Of a DNA stretch of 38,435 bases, positions 9,495 to 19,409 are shown piece after piece. Numbering within the stretch: the stretch's first letter is position 1; every line of letters starts with the position of its first letter. The notes below the pieces were generated by a model. That model had not been told where the DNA came from. It did not search any database and worked only from the letters and a program-made list of their open reading frames with translations. The DNA is from a virus (Duplodnaviria > Caudoviricetes): the IMG/VR virus record IMGVR_UViG_3300037782_000050, positions 1 to 38,435 of that record; one strand, 5' to 3'. Both the position numbers and the translations under genes were made by a program.

Positions 9495-9857
9495 ATGAAC
9501 ACCCCGACCAACAACCCCTCGGCCATGACGTTCCGATTCACCATCGGCGACGACGAGCACTGCGTCTCGTCCGGGCGCATCACCGGCGACCACTCCCGGG
9601 CCCTACGTCGCGTCCTCGGCGTCGGGTTCACCTCGATGCTCAACGCCGTCCTCGCCGGCGACCTCGACGCCGACTACCTCGCCGGCCTGATCTGGCTCTC
9701 CCGCGTCCAGGCAGGCGAGGCCCGCCTCGCGCTCGAGGTCGTCATGGCCGAAACCACCTTCGATGACATCGCCCGCTTCGATGCCATCCCGGACGACGAC
9801 GAACCGCCGATCCTGCCCGGCACCGCGGTGACGGAGGGCGACAGCCCGGAAGCCTGA
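9495..9857 (+). CDS. Tail assembly chaperone (gpG)
   Basis: SD caggag; 120 aa with acidic C-terminus; between tail genes and TMP. Confidence 0.8.
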   Translation: MNTPTNNPSAMTFRFTIGDDEHCVSSGRITGDHSRALRRVLGVGFTSMLNAVLAGDLDADYLAGLIWLSRVQAGEARLALEVVMAETTFDDIARFDAIPDDDEPPILPGTAVTEGDSPEA

Positions 9858-10042
9858 GGGCCACGCTCCTCGCCAGCTGGCCCGCCCTCTCCAAGCACTT
9901 CGGCCTCCACCCCTGGGACGTCGACCGGCTCACCGCCGATGAGGTCTTCGAGTACCTCCACGCCCTCAAGCAGATCGCCGAAGCCAACGAGTCCGCCGGT
10001 GAACAGCCGACGCAGCCTCGCCGCACCGCCACCCGCAGATGA
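9851..10042 (+). CDS. Tail assembly chaperone gpT portion, expressed by -1 frameshift as gpGT
   Basis: -1 frame open to TGA 10040-10042, no ATG/GTG start, encodes WPALSKHFGLHPWDVDRLTADE; candidate slip site C CCG GAA at 9845-9851. Confidence 0.75.
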   Translation, partial: SLRATLLASWPALSKHFGLHPWDVDRLTADEVFEYLHALKQIAEANESAGEQPTQPRRTATRR

Positions 10043-10060
10043 CCCGCAGAGGAGGTGCCG

Positions 10061-12619
10061 ATGGCCGACCGCGATGTCAATGTCAACGTCAACGGCGACT
10101 CCTCGGGATTCCAGCGGGCGATGGGCGACGCCTCGCAGTCGGCAGGGCGCTTCTCGTCAGGGATGTCGCGGGGGATGCGCAACGCTGCGATCGCCGTCGG
10201 CTCAGCGCTGGCCGTCGACCGCATCGTCGACTTCGGGACCGAGATGCTCACCGCCGGCACCCAGGTCAACACGTGGGGCATCAAGGTCGACACCGTATTC
10301 GGTGACGCCGCCGACAGCGTCAACGCCTGGGCCGACGACAACAACGAAGCGCTCGGCATGACCGACGAAGCCCTCGCTGGCGCGGCGGCCGGGTTCGGCG
10401 ACCTGCTCGTCCCGATGGGTTTCACCCGCAGCGAGGCGGCTGGGATGTCAACCGACGCGCTCGACCTGTCGGGCGCCCTATCTGCGTGGTCTGGGGGCAC
10501 GAAATCGGTGTCGGACGTGTCCGAGACGCTGGTAGCGGCGATGCTCGGCGAACGCGACGGGCTGAAGTCGTTGGGGATCTCGATCTCCGAGGCCGACGTT
10601 CAGCAACGCCTCCTCGAGAAGGGACAGGAGGACCTCACCGGCGCTGCGCTCGAACAGGCCAAGGCTCAGGCGACCTTGGAACTCGTCACCGAGAAGTCCA
10701 CTGACGCGCAGGAGGCTTGGGCGAACGGTTCGATGGACGCTGTCAAGCAGCAGAACGAGCTGAAGTCAACGGTCGCGGAACTCCGCCAAGGCCTCGCTAC
10801 AGGCCTCACGCCCGTCCTGCAGCGTTTCGTCGGGTTCCTCGTCGAAGACATGATCCCCGGAGTGCGTTCGCTCGCAGCGACGTGGGGACCCCGTCTGGTC
10901 GACGCATGGGATTCGATGCGCCCAGCGATCGCAGCAGCGGGTCGAGCGATCGCCAACGTCGCTCAGGCCGTGTTCCCTGCCCTCCGCACCGCGGTGACGG
11001 CCGTGGTGAATACGGTCCGCAACAACTGGCCGGCCATCTCCGATGTGATCGCCGGGGTGATGACGATCGTCGGGCAAGTCATTCGTGCTGGCCTCGCCGT
11101 GATCAGAGGGGTGTGGAGCAACTTTGGGGACCGCATCCTGCAGGCTGCGCGTCTCGCGTGGAACGCGGTGTCCGGGATCGTCGAAGCGGCGCTCGAGGTC
11201 ATCCGTGGCGCTGTCAACATCTTCGCCGGGCTCCTCACCGGTGACTGGTCGCGGGCTTGGTCAGGGCTCGGCCAGGTCGTGTCCGGCATCTGGTCCGGCA
11301 TCCGGACGATCGTGCAGACGGGACTCGCAGCCATCCGGCTTCTGGTCGGCACCGTCATGGACGCAATCACGCTCGTCTTCCGCACCGGATGGAACGCCAT
11401 CAGGACGGTGGTCTCCACGGTCATGTCAGCTATCCGGGCAGTCATTGCAACTGCGTGGAACGCGATCAGGACTGCTGTCGCCACGGTCATGTCGGCGATC
11501 GGGACCGTCGTATCGACCGGTTGGAACGCGATCCGCACGGTGATCACCACCGTCGTCGCAGCGATCCGGACGACGGTCACGACTGTCTTCAACGCGATCC
11601 GGACAACGCTCACAACGATCGTCAACGGCATCCGCACTGCGATGACGACGGCATGGAACGGCATCCGGACCGCGGTCGTCACGGTCGCCAACGCGATCCG
11701 GGATCGGGTCGTCGCGATCTTCCAGGCGATCCGGGACCGTCTCGCAGCGATCGTCGGCGCGATCCGTGACCGGGTCACGGCGATCTTCCGGGCGATGCGC
11801 GACACCATCGTCTCGGTCGCCGACGGCACCCGCGACCGGGTCGTCGCCGTGTTCTCAGCGATCCGAGATCGGATCTCGGCGCTGATCAGCGCCGCACGCG
11901 ACGCCGCCGTGGCGGCGTTCCGGGCGATGCGCGACACCATCGTGAACGTCGCCGACGGCATCCGCGATCGGGTCGTCGCGATCTTCCAGGCGATCCGAGA
12001 CCGGATCGGGGCCATCATCGACGCGGCGACGACGAACGCTGCGAACGCGTTCCGTTCGATGCGCGACACCGTCATCCAGGTCGTCGACTCGATCCGTGAC
12101 CGTGCGATCAACATCTTCCAGGCGATGCGCGATCGCCTCGGCGGCATCGCCGACACCATCCGCGACCGCCTCACCCGCCCGTTCGAGGCGATGTCGTCGG
12201 CCGTTGTCGGGTTCATCAGCGCCATCCGCGACGCCATCGGCGACCTCGTCGGCGCAATCACGTCGATTCCGTCGCTGCCCGACATCACGCCCGGGTTCGA
12301 CGTGCCCGGCATCCCGTTCTTCGCTCGAGGCGGATTCGTCCGGTCGCCGACCCTCGCCATGGTCGGCGAGGCCGGCCCCGAGCTCGTGCTGCCCCTCAAC
12401 GACCCGGCCCGCATGCGGCAGCTGCTCTCTGCGGCGCCGTCGGCTCTGCTCGCCGCAGGCGTCGGCCGCTCCCTCACCGGCGGCGGCGCTCAACCCGGCG
12501 CCGTTGGCGCTGGGACCGTGATCAACCTCCACGTCACCGCTCTCTCCGAGCGAGCGGCACGCGACTACGCCGAGCTCATCGGCCAGGAGCTCCGCCGCCT
12601 CGACCGGGCGGCGTCATGA
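10061..12619 (+). CDS. Tape measure protein
   Basis: SD ggagg; VNVNGDSSGF start, LGERDGLKSLGI, 11/22-residue W/F-periodic repeats, C-terminal FARGG..VGEAGPELVLPL; 852 aa. Confidence 0.95.
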   Translation: MADRDVNVNVNGDSSGFQRAMGDASQSAGRFSSGMSRGMRNAAIAVGSALAVDRIVDFGTEMLTAGTQVNTWGIKVDTVFGDAADSVNAWADDNNEALGMTDEALAGAAAGFGDLLVPMGFTRSEAAGMSTDALDLSGALSAWSGGTKSVSDVSETLVAAMLGERDGLKSLGISISEADVQQRLLEKGQEDLTGAALEQAKAQATLELVTEKSTDAQEAWANGSMDAVKQQNELKSTVAELRQGLATGLTPVLQRFVGFLVEDMIPGVRSLAATWGPRLVDAWDSMRPAIAAAGRAIANVAQAVFPALRTAVTAVVNTVRNNWPAISDVIAGVMTIVGQVIRAGLAVIRGVWSNFGDRILQAARLAWNAVSGIVEAALEVIRGAVNIFAGLLTGDWSRAWSGLGQVVSGIWSGIRTIVQTGLAAIRLLVGTVMDAITLVFRTGWNAIRTVVSTVMSAIRAVIATAWNAIRTAVATVMSAIGTVVSTGWNAIRTVITTVVAAIRTTVTTVFNAIRTTLTTIVNGIRTAMTTAWNGIRTAVVTVANAIRDRVVAIFQAIRDRLAAIVGAIRDRVTAIFRAMRDTIVSVADGTRDRVVAVFSAIRDRISALISAARDAAVAAFRAMRDTIVNVADGIRDRVVAIFQAIRDRIGAIIDAATTNAANAFRSMRDTVIQVVDSIRDRAINIFQAMRDRLGGIADTIRDRLTRPFEAMSSAVVGFISAIRDAIGDLVGAITSIPSLPDITPGFDVPGIPFFARGGFVRSPTLAMVGEAGPELVLPLNDPARMRQLLSAAPSALLAAGVGRSLTGGGAQPGAVGAGTVINLHVTALSERAARDYAELIGQELRRLDRAAS

Positions 12620-13980
12620 CCTCCATAGCGCACGCCTGGCCCCTATTCGCCACGGGCGGCGACGCCTCGCCCGGCTCGTTCCCGCCGCCCGGAATGACGA
12701 TCGGCCGCGTCGGCCTCACCGCCCCGCTCACCTCGCCGGCCACCTGGGCGCAGAACGGCGACGCCGTGTCGATCACCGGCCGACTGATCGCTACCAACAA
12801 GGTCCACGCCGACACCCTCCGCCAGCAACTCGCCGCGTACGCCGACGGCGCCGAGGACGACGGCGTCGTCCCCGTCACCTGGGCCGAGGACCCCACCGTC
12901 GACGGCTTCTACCGCGTCACCGCCGCATCGTTCGCGACCGCCTCGTCGTCGTCGCTGTACTCCCATGTCTGGGACTACCGCGTCGACCTCGAGCGCGTCC
13001 GGCACGGCTGGCGCGTCGCGGCCATGGAATCCATCGTTTCGGCCGCGTGGTCGTCGAACGCCGCCGGGCGCGCCTCGACCAACGCCCGGCCATGGGTCGC
13101 CGTCCCCGGCGACGCCCTCGACCTGTCGCGCCCGGCCACAACGCACCTCTACAACGCCGACACCGACGCGCACATCGCCATCGTCGACATCGCCGACGTC
13201 GCCGGCACCCTGTCGACGCGTTGGGCACTCACCCCGGCCGCCTACTACCACGGCTCGGCCCGGCTCATCGCCGCCGCGACCGGCGCCCCCATCGTCGGCA
13301 CCCAACCCAACGGCCTCGACCCCTACGGCTGGGTCCTCGCGAACGGCTCGCTCGAGGTCCGCCTCGCCGGCCCGGCCTCGGCCGTGTCCGGCAACCTCGA
13401 GACGCGATGGCGCATCGCCGGCGGCTGGTCGTCATGGAAACCGTGGTTTCTCGACCCGTACCTCCGATGGACGACCGGCGCGCCGCCCGTGCTCACCGAC
13501 GCGAAGGCCGTACGCGTCCTCCGCAACGATCCCGCCGAGGTCATCGTCCGCATCCTCGCCGTCACCGACGTCGACGACGTCGACACCGTCGGACACCGCC
13601 ACACCTACGACCTCGCGCTGCGGCGCGGCTCCCCGTACCTCGTCGGCATCGCCAAGGCCGACCGCCCGACCGCGTGGTCCCTCACCCGCACCGGCGGCGA
13701 GGCCCCCGCCGGCGTCGCCGCCTACGGCGGCACCGAGGGCGTCGTCGAGGCCGCCGCAACCGACGCCGACGGCCTCCGCTACGTCATCACCTCGCCCCGC
13801 GACTGGGACATCGACACCTACGGCGGCGTCAACTGGCAGACCGGCGCCGTCGCGCTCCCGTTCACCATCGGCGCCGTCGGCGCGAACGTCGCCGCATCCG
13901 CCGTCACCGAGGACGCGGCACGCCAAGCCGATCGCGCCATGACTGCGCAAGGCGAACGCGTGCAGAGCATCGCATGGTGA
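12616..13980 (+). CDS. Minor tail protein (distal tail/Dit-like)
   Basis: ATGA overlap with TMP; VPVTWAEDPTVDGFY and VLRNDPAEVIVR resemble actinophage post-TMP proteins. Confidence 0.7.
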   Translation: MTSIAHAWPLFATGGDASPGSFPPPGMTIGRVGLTAPLTSPATWAQNGDAVSITGRLIATNKVHADTLRQQLAAYADGAEDDGVVPVTWAEDPTVDGFYRVTAASFATASSSSLYSHVWDYRVDLERVRHGWRVAAMESIVSAAWSSNAAGRASTNARPWVAVPGDALDLSRPATTHLYNADTDAHIAIVDIADVAGTLSTRWALTPAAYYHGSARLIAAATGAPIVGTQPNGLDPYGWVLANGSLEVRLAGPASAVSGNLETRWRIAGGWSSWKPWFLDPYLRWTTGAPPVLTDAKAVRVLRNDPAEVIVRILAVTDVDDVDTVGHRHTYDLALRRGSPYLVGIAKADRPTAWSLTRTGGEAPAGVAAYGGTEGVVEAAATDADGLRYVITSPRDWDIDTYGGVNWQTGAVALPFTIGAVGANVAASAVTEDAARQADRAMTAQGERVQSIAW

Positions 13981-13984
13981 CCAC

Positions 13985-16549
13985 ATGCCGATAAACGAAC
14001 AAGTCCGCGCCGTCGGCGATTGGTCGCTCCGCTTCCGCGGCGACCTCCCGCGGTCGCTCACCGTCCCGCTCGAAACACTCTGGTCCGAGCTCGTCATCAC
14101 CCCCGCGCGGCTCCCCGCCGAGGCCCTCGGCTACATCGCCCCGACCGTCGAGGACCCCGACCCGGTCCCCGTGTCCAAGGACATCGCCGTCGTCATCGGC
14201 GACCCCGCCGCCCCGACCGCCGGCGATTGGCGCCTCGATTGGCTCCTCCGCTCGTTCCTCGGCCACGCGGTGACGTTCATCGCCGACACCGACGCCGAGG
14301 TCGACACCTCGAGCTCTCATCACCTCGTCGTCGTGGCGCCCTCGGCCGACCCCGCATCGATCGGCACCAAGTACCGCGCCGCCGGCGCCGACGCGTTGCC
14401 CGTGCTGCACCTGAACGCCGACGCGTGGACGCCGGCGAGGTCCGCGCTCATCGCGTCCGGCGCAGCGTCGGCCGTGCTCGCCCACCAACTAGCCGCGCTC
14501 GCCGGCGGCGACACCGACTTCGTCTGGCCCGGCGTCACCTACGACGGCGCCACCCTCCGCCAACTACACGCCGCCGCCGAGCTCGGCCAGGCCGTCACCG
14601 TCGCGCAACTCCACCCCGGCGCCACCGCCATCGCCGCGCCCGTCGGCGACCTCGCCGACGTCGCCGCGTTCTCCCTCGACGTCGGCGACGCCGCCCGCAC
14701 CGCCCGCGTCGTCGCCATCGGCACAACCGAGGCGCTCCTCGACAACTCAGTGTGGTCCGCCTACACCGACCTCGTCGGCGCCGCCATCGAGTGGCTCGCG
14801 CCGGCCACGACCACCGCGCCGCCCGTGCCATCGGACCCGTCGGCCATCTGGCTCCTCGGCAAGTCCGCCGTGTCGCCCACCGGCGTTTTCGTCGACCCGA
14901 CCGAGGAGGCGTCCGCGTCGGCGCTCGTCGCCGCCGGCCACAACGTCACCCGCGTACAGACATCGACCCTCACCGGCCCGCCCCTCGTCACCGATTGCGG
15001 CGTCGTGGTCCACCTCGACGGCCACCCCCCCGACTGGCGCTGGCTGCGCGGCACCGCGACCGACGCCGCCCCCATCTGGCACACCAACGCCTATTTCGCC
15101 GGCGACGCGTTCGGCTACTCCTCCGGCTCCTACTACTACGGCGCCGCGCTCACCTCCTCGACGCCCGGTACCGGCCGCGCCCTCGCCTACCTCGAGGTCG
15201 CCGCAACGTCGCCCGTGACATGGTCGGCCGGCTACACCGCCGGCCAGACCCCCCAAGTGTTCGACCTCAACTACGTCGAGTGGACCACCGCCGGCACCTC
15301 GACGTTCACGACCATCCTGTCGGACCCGCTGAACGCGTCGCGCGCCGTCGGATGGGTCGCCGACGCCGGCGCGACCAACGTCGACGGCGACACCCTCACC
15401 GCCCGCCAGGCCGTCGTCTGCACGTTCCCCGTCGGGTTCCACGCCGTGACCGACGCCGGCCTCGAGCTCGCCGCCGACATCATGCAATGGCTCGCCGGCG
15501 GCCCCTCCGGCGCGATCGACCCGCCCGACCCCGCCGAGGCGCCCGCCCCCGCGCTCACGACCTCGAGCATCGACGACGTCGCCATATACGCCGGCATCGT
15601 CCGCACCGTCAACCGCACCCGCGACGACGTCACCCTCGCCGGCCCCGGCCTCGCCGCCTGGCTCGGCGAGGCCGAAAACGGCCAACGCGTCGACATCCCC
15701 CAGGCCGGCAACGGCTCGTTCGCCATCTGGATCGACGCCCTCCTCCCGCCCGGCATCGGCCGCGGCCTCGTCACCACCCCCGCCGGCGGCGACACCTACA
15801 CCGCCACCTACACCAACACGACGCCCCGGAAGGCCCTCGACGACGTCTGTGACTACTTCGGCGCCGAGTGGCGCATGCGGCCATCGGGCCGCCTCGACGC
15901 CGGCCCCGCCGACGCGATCTATGGCTCCGGCCCCGCCGCGTACGTCATCGCCGGCGCCGCGACCGTCGAGGGCGACGACCCCCGAGCCCTCACCGGCGCG
16001 ACCGTCGACGTCACCTACGACGCTGAGAACTACCTCACCGCTGTCGACGCGATCGGCTCCGCCGTCACCGGCACCGCGCACCGCGACGACGTGGCCTACC
16101 GCGACCGGTCCGGCGCCGTCCTCGAGCGGCGCGGATCGATCAACGCGTCCGAGGTCACCGTCGAGGCCGAGGCCGACGCCCTCGCCGCCGCCGAGCTCGA
16201 CCGCTCCGGCGTCGACCGCGTGATCCGCGTCACCGTCGACGAGGCCCTCCCGACCCTCTACGCGCCGGTCGGTTGCACCGTCGGCGTCTACGACCCGGCC
16301 ACCGATTGCCACGACCTCGACAACCCTGTCCGTCTCGCCGGCCGAACCGTGTTCCCCCTCGAGGCCCGCCTCCGCCGCGCCCGATGGCCGGTCCGGCGCG
16401 GGTGCGGCGTCTACCTCCGATCGGCGTTCGGCGCGTCCGCCGGCCGCATCGTCGACGTCACCGACTACGTCGTCTGGGAAACCGGCCCCGCAACGCTCGA
16501 GGTCGATTCGGTCCCCGTCCCCGCCGCCGTGCTCCGCGCCCGCCGCTGA
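13985..16549 (+). CDS. Minor tail/hub (Tal-like) protein with a large internal two-domain insertion
   Basis: N-terminal GDWSLRF..LVITP; C-terminal YAGIVR..GPGLAAWLG..RKALDDVC..EWRMRPSGRLDAG..WPVRRGCGVY. Confidence 0.75.
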   Translation: MPINEQVRAVGDWSLRFRGDLPRSLTVPLETLWSELVITPARLPAEALGYIAPTVEDPDPVPVSKDIAVVIGDPAAPTAGDWRLDWLLRSFLGHAVTFIADTDAEVDTSSSHHLVVVAPSADPASIGTKYRAAGADALPVLHLNADAWTPARSALIASGAASAVLAHQLAALAGGDTDFVWPGVTYDGATLRQLHAAAELGQAVTVAQLHPGATAIAAPVGDLADVAAFSLDVGDAARTARVVAIGTTEALLDNSVWSAYTDLVGAAIEWLAPATTTAPPVPSDPSAIWLLGKSAVSPTGVFVDPTEEASASALVAAGHNVTRVQTSTLTGPPLVTDCGVVVHLDGHPPDWRWLRGTATDAAPIWHTNAYFAGDAFGYSSGSYYYGAALTSSTPGTGRALAYLEVAATSPVTWSAGYTAGQTPQVFDLNYVEWTTAGTSTFTTILSDPLNASRAVGWVADAGATNVDGDTLTARQAVVCTFPVGFHAVTDAGLELAADIMQWLAGGPSGAIDPPDPAEAPAPALTTSSIDDVAIYAGIVRTVNRTRDDVTLAGPGLAAWLGEAENGQRVDIPQAGNGSFAIWIDALLPPGIGRGLVTTPAGGDTYTATYTNTTPRKALDDVCDYFGAEWRMRPSGRLDAGPADAIYGSGPAAYVIAGAATVEGDDPRALTGATVDVTYDAENYLTAVDAIGSAVTGTAHRDDVAYRDRSGAVLERRGSINASEVTVEAEADALAAAELDRSGVDRVIRVTVDEALPTLYAPVGCTVGVYDPATDCHDLDNPVRLAGRTVFPLEARLRRARWPVRRGCGVYLRSAFGASAGRIVDVTDYVVWETGPATLEVDSVPVPAAVLRARR

Positions 16550-16569
16550 ACCCTCGAGGAGCTCACCCG

Positions 16570-18114
16570 ATGCCCGCCCAGGCCCCCGCCATCCGCACCG
16601 CCCGCGACATCGCCGGCACCGACACCCCAACGACCGACGACGATGGCGGCTGCCTGACCGTCACGGCCGACTGCGACGTCGAGCTCACCGGGTCGGCGAC
16701 GGGCGGCTGGACCCCGGGCAGGTCTGCGCTGTGGTTCGAGGTCGAGGCCGGCACCCTCACGATCGCTGGGGCGGACGGCGTCACGGTTCGGGCTGCCCGT
16801 GGTGATCTGGTGCAGGCGCTCGCCTCGAGGTTCGTGGTCGCCCGGTATCGATCCGCGGACGTGTGGACCGTTGAGGGGACCGGATCGAACGTCGATGACC
16901 ACATCGCCGACACGACCGCAGCACATGCGGCGTCGGCGATCTCGTTCGCCCCTGCATCGGGGATCTCGGCGACCGACGTTCAAGCCGCGATCGTCGAGGC
17001 GCTCGCCGATGCGAACACGGCCGCCGCTGCGGCTGTCTCAGCGATCGTCGACTCGTCACCGTCGACACTGGACACGCTCAACGAACTCGCCGCCGCTCTG
17101 GCCGACGACCCGAACTTCGCCGCGACCACCGCGGCACTGATCGCAGCTGCCCAAACCGCCGCCGACGACGCCCAGGACGACCTCGACACGCACACCGCAG
17201 CCATCAGCGGAGCGCACGGGATCTCGGCCTTCGGGGCGACCCTGATCGACGACCCCAACGCAGCGGCCGCACGCACGACGCTCCAGGCAGCTGGGCCGGT
17301 GCTCGCAGTGACACCTGGCGGAGCGGGGGGCAACGTGCGTCGTTGGCTTCGCCTCGCCACCTGCGACGGCGTCAGCGCTTTGGCCGGAGCATGGATGACA
17401 GCTGTGCTGACCGGCACCGGCGACTACGGCACTGCCGAGCGCGGCACCGTGCTGCTCGCCTGGGGTGAACGCGGCGACGCGAGCGAATGCCGTTGTTGGG
17501 GCTTCAACGTCGAGAACACCGCCGACCCCGTCGAGATCTACGTTCGGCGCGTCGCCGAGTTCGAGTTCGAGCTGTGGGCCAAGCTCGCCGACTGGAATCA
17601 GTCGCATCAGCTCACCGTGTACGGGTCGATGAGGGTGACCCCCACGATGGACAGCGGCACGTACGACGAACCTGCCGGCGTGGTGCAGCAGACCGTCCAG
17701 CGAGTCATGACGGTCCAGGACAATCTCGCCGCGCTAACCGACCCAGCAGCTGCGCGGTCGAACCTCGGCCTCACCATCGGCACTCACGTCGCTGCACCCT
17801 CAGAGACCTGGACGTGGCGGGCGGTCGACACGAAGACCGGCGCCTACACGCTCGTTCTCGGAGACGCCGGGAAGCTCATCGAGATGGACGGCGACGCCGA
17901 CTTCACGATCCCCGCCAACTCGTCAGTCGCGTTCCCGATCGGCACCCAGATCGGCCTCCTGCTCGCCGAGGGACACACCGGGAACATCGTGGATGCGTCC
18001 GGCGTCGTCCTCAACGGCGAGACCGCGGGCGCAGCCACGTTGCCGATGACACCACACCAGATCGCCGTCGCAACGAAGCTCGCCACCGACCGCTGGAACG
18101 TGAGCGGCATATGA
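16570..18114 (+). CDS. Tail fibre / receptor-binding protein
   Basis: SD gagga; PSTLDTLNELAAALADDPNFA tail-fibre repeat; AAARSNLGL; C-terminal YTLVLGDAGK..TIPANSSVAFPIG domain. Confidence 0.85.
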   Translation: MPAQAPAIRTARDIAGTDTPTTDDDGGCLTVTADCDVELTGSATGGWTPGRSALWFEVEAGTLTIAGADGVTVRAARGDLVQALASRFVVARYRSADVWTVEGTGSNVDDHIADTTAAHAASAISFAPASGISATDVQAAIVEALADANTAAAAAVSAIVDSSPSTLDTLNELAAALADDPNFAATTAALIAAAQTAADDAQDDLDTHTAAISGAHGISAFGATLIDDPNAAAARTTLQAAGPVLAVTPGGAGGNVRRWLRLATCDGVSALAGAWMTAVLTGTGDYGTAERGTVLLAWGERGDASECRCWGFNVENTADPVEIYVRRVAEFEFELWAKLADWNQSHQLTVYGSMRVTPTMDSGTYDEPAGVVQQTVQRVMTVQDNLAALTDPAAARSNLGLTIGTHVAAPSETWTWRAVDTKTGAYTLVLGDAGKLIEMDGDADFTIPANSSVAFPIGTQIGLLLAEGHTGNIVDASGVVLNGETAGAATLPMTPHQIAVATKLATDRWNVSGI

Positions 18115-18818
18115 TCCGCGCCACCGCATCGGCCCGCAAACCGGCCGGCGGCGCCTCGCCGCCGTCGGCGCCGACCGTGGTCGACATCACCGACTACCAG
18201 GACCCCGGTAGCTACACCTCGGCCGACGTCGACGCCCCGACCGGCCTCGCCGACGGCGACGTCGTCGTGATCTTCGCGTCCCGCGACGACGACGCCGGCA
18301 CCCTCACCGGCCCCGCCGGATTCACCGAGCTCGCGTCGGCGTCGACGGATTCGTCGCGCGACCTCCGGCTCGCCGTCTGGCGCAAGGTCATCGCCGATGC
18401 ATCGTCCGAACCCGCGGCCTACACCGTGACCTCGAGCGAACTACAGGAGTTCTCGATACACGCGGTAGCGGTGCGCGGTGTCGACAACGCCACCCCCGAG
18501 GACACGACTGCGGCAACGTCCACCCCAGCGACCGGGTCCGCGTCGCTTCCGTCGCCCGAGGTCACCACCGTGACCGACGGCGCCCTCGTCCTCCGGTACT
18601 GCGCCGCGACGACGAACACCTCGAGCGCGGATCAGAGCCTGACCGCTCCGGGCGCGACGTCGACCGTGCAACCGCTCGTCGGGTCGCCCGGCGACATGGT
18701 CGCCGGCGTTCAACACTTCGCCCTCGCGACGGCCGGCGCCTCCGGCGTCGACGCATGGACCCGAGCGCACACCGACGGCCCGGCGATTCTCGCCACTGTT
18801 GCGCTCCGCCCCGCATAG
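18111..18818 (+). CDS. Virion accessory / tail-fibre-associated beta-rich protein
   Basis: ATGA overlap; PTGLADGDVVVI, RLAVWRKV, PEVTTVTDGALV, TVALRPA motifs seen in actinobacterial tail accessory domains. Confidence 0.6.
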   Translation: MIRATASARKPAGGASPPSAPTVVDITDYQDPGSYTSADVDAPTGLADGDVVVIFASRDDDAGTLTGPAGFTELASASTDSSRDLRLAVWRKVIADASSEPAAYTVTSSELQEFSIHAVAVRGVDNATPEDTTAATSTPATGSASLPSPEVTTVTDGALVLRYCAATTNTSSADQSLTAPGATSTVQPLVGSPGDMVAGVQHFALATAGASGVDAWTRAHTDGPAILATVALRPA

Positions 18819-18844
18819 AACCCCCGACCAAAGGACCCCCCACC

Positions 18845-19204
18845 ATGGCCGACACCCGCACCCTGACCCTCGAGGTCACCGTCCCCGTCGACGCCTACGA
18901 CGTCATGGTCGGCGCGTTGTGCAAGGCCGGCGGCTACGCCGACGCGTCCGAACCCAACGCCCGCGCCACCGTGCTCGATTGGGCGCGGCGCACCGTGCAG
19001 AACGTCCTCGAGGCCGACGCCCAGGCCCAGGCCCAGGCCGTCGTCGACGCCGCGAAGGCCAAGACCGACGCCGCCCTCGACGCCATCGGCGAGCTCTCAG
19101 CCTCGCAGACCGAGGGCGCCACACCTCCCCGAAACGCCACCGTCGAGGGCGAGGGTCAGGCCGGCAATGACGGCTCGATCTCCTCCGAGGAGGGCGACGC
19201 ATGA
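18845..19204 (+). CDS. Hypothetical protein
   Basis: SD aagga; 119 aa; host-like codon bias. Confidence 0.6.
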   Translation: MADTRTLTLEVTVPVDAYDVMVGALCKAGGYADASEPNARATVLDWARRTVQNVLEADAQAQAQAVVDAAKAKTDAALDAIGELSASQTEGATPPRNATVEGEGQAGNDGSISSEEGDA

Positions 19205-19401
19205 GCCCCGACGTCGCAGCATTCCTCCTCGACCTCGTCAACCGGCAACAGGTCGCCGCCGGCGCCCCCGATTTCGCGTCGGTCGCCGGGCTCATCGTCC
19301 GGGCGCAGTCCGAGCTCGTGGCCGTTCTCGAGGGCGCGCAGGCTGCGTACGCGGTCGAGGAGCTGAACGTCGCGACCGAGCCCGAGCCCGCCGAGGCGTA
19401 G
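19201..19401 (+). CDS. Hypothetical protein
   Basis: SD gaggagg, ATGA overlap; 66 aa. Confidence 0.6.
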   Translation: MSPDVAAFLLDLVNRQQVAAGAPDFASVAGLIVRAQSELVAVLEGAQAAYAVEELNVATEPEPAEA

Positions 19402-19409
19402 GCCCGGCC

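Noticed and set aside
10963-12477. 504-aa antisense ORF over the tape measure, and many other long Arg/Pro-rich alternative-frame ORFs
   Set aside because: Expected shadow ORFs in high-GC DNA; no SD, motifs or codon bias
16570-18818. Diversity-generating retroelement acting on tail fibre
   Set aside because: No reverse transcriptase ORF and no TR/VR repeat pair seen
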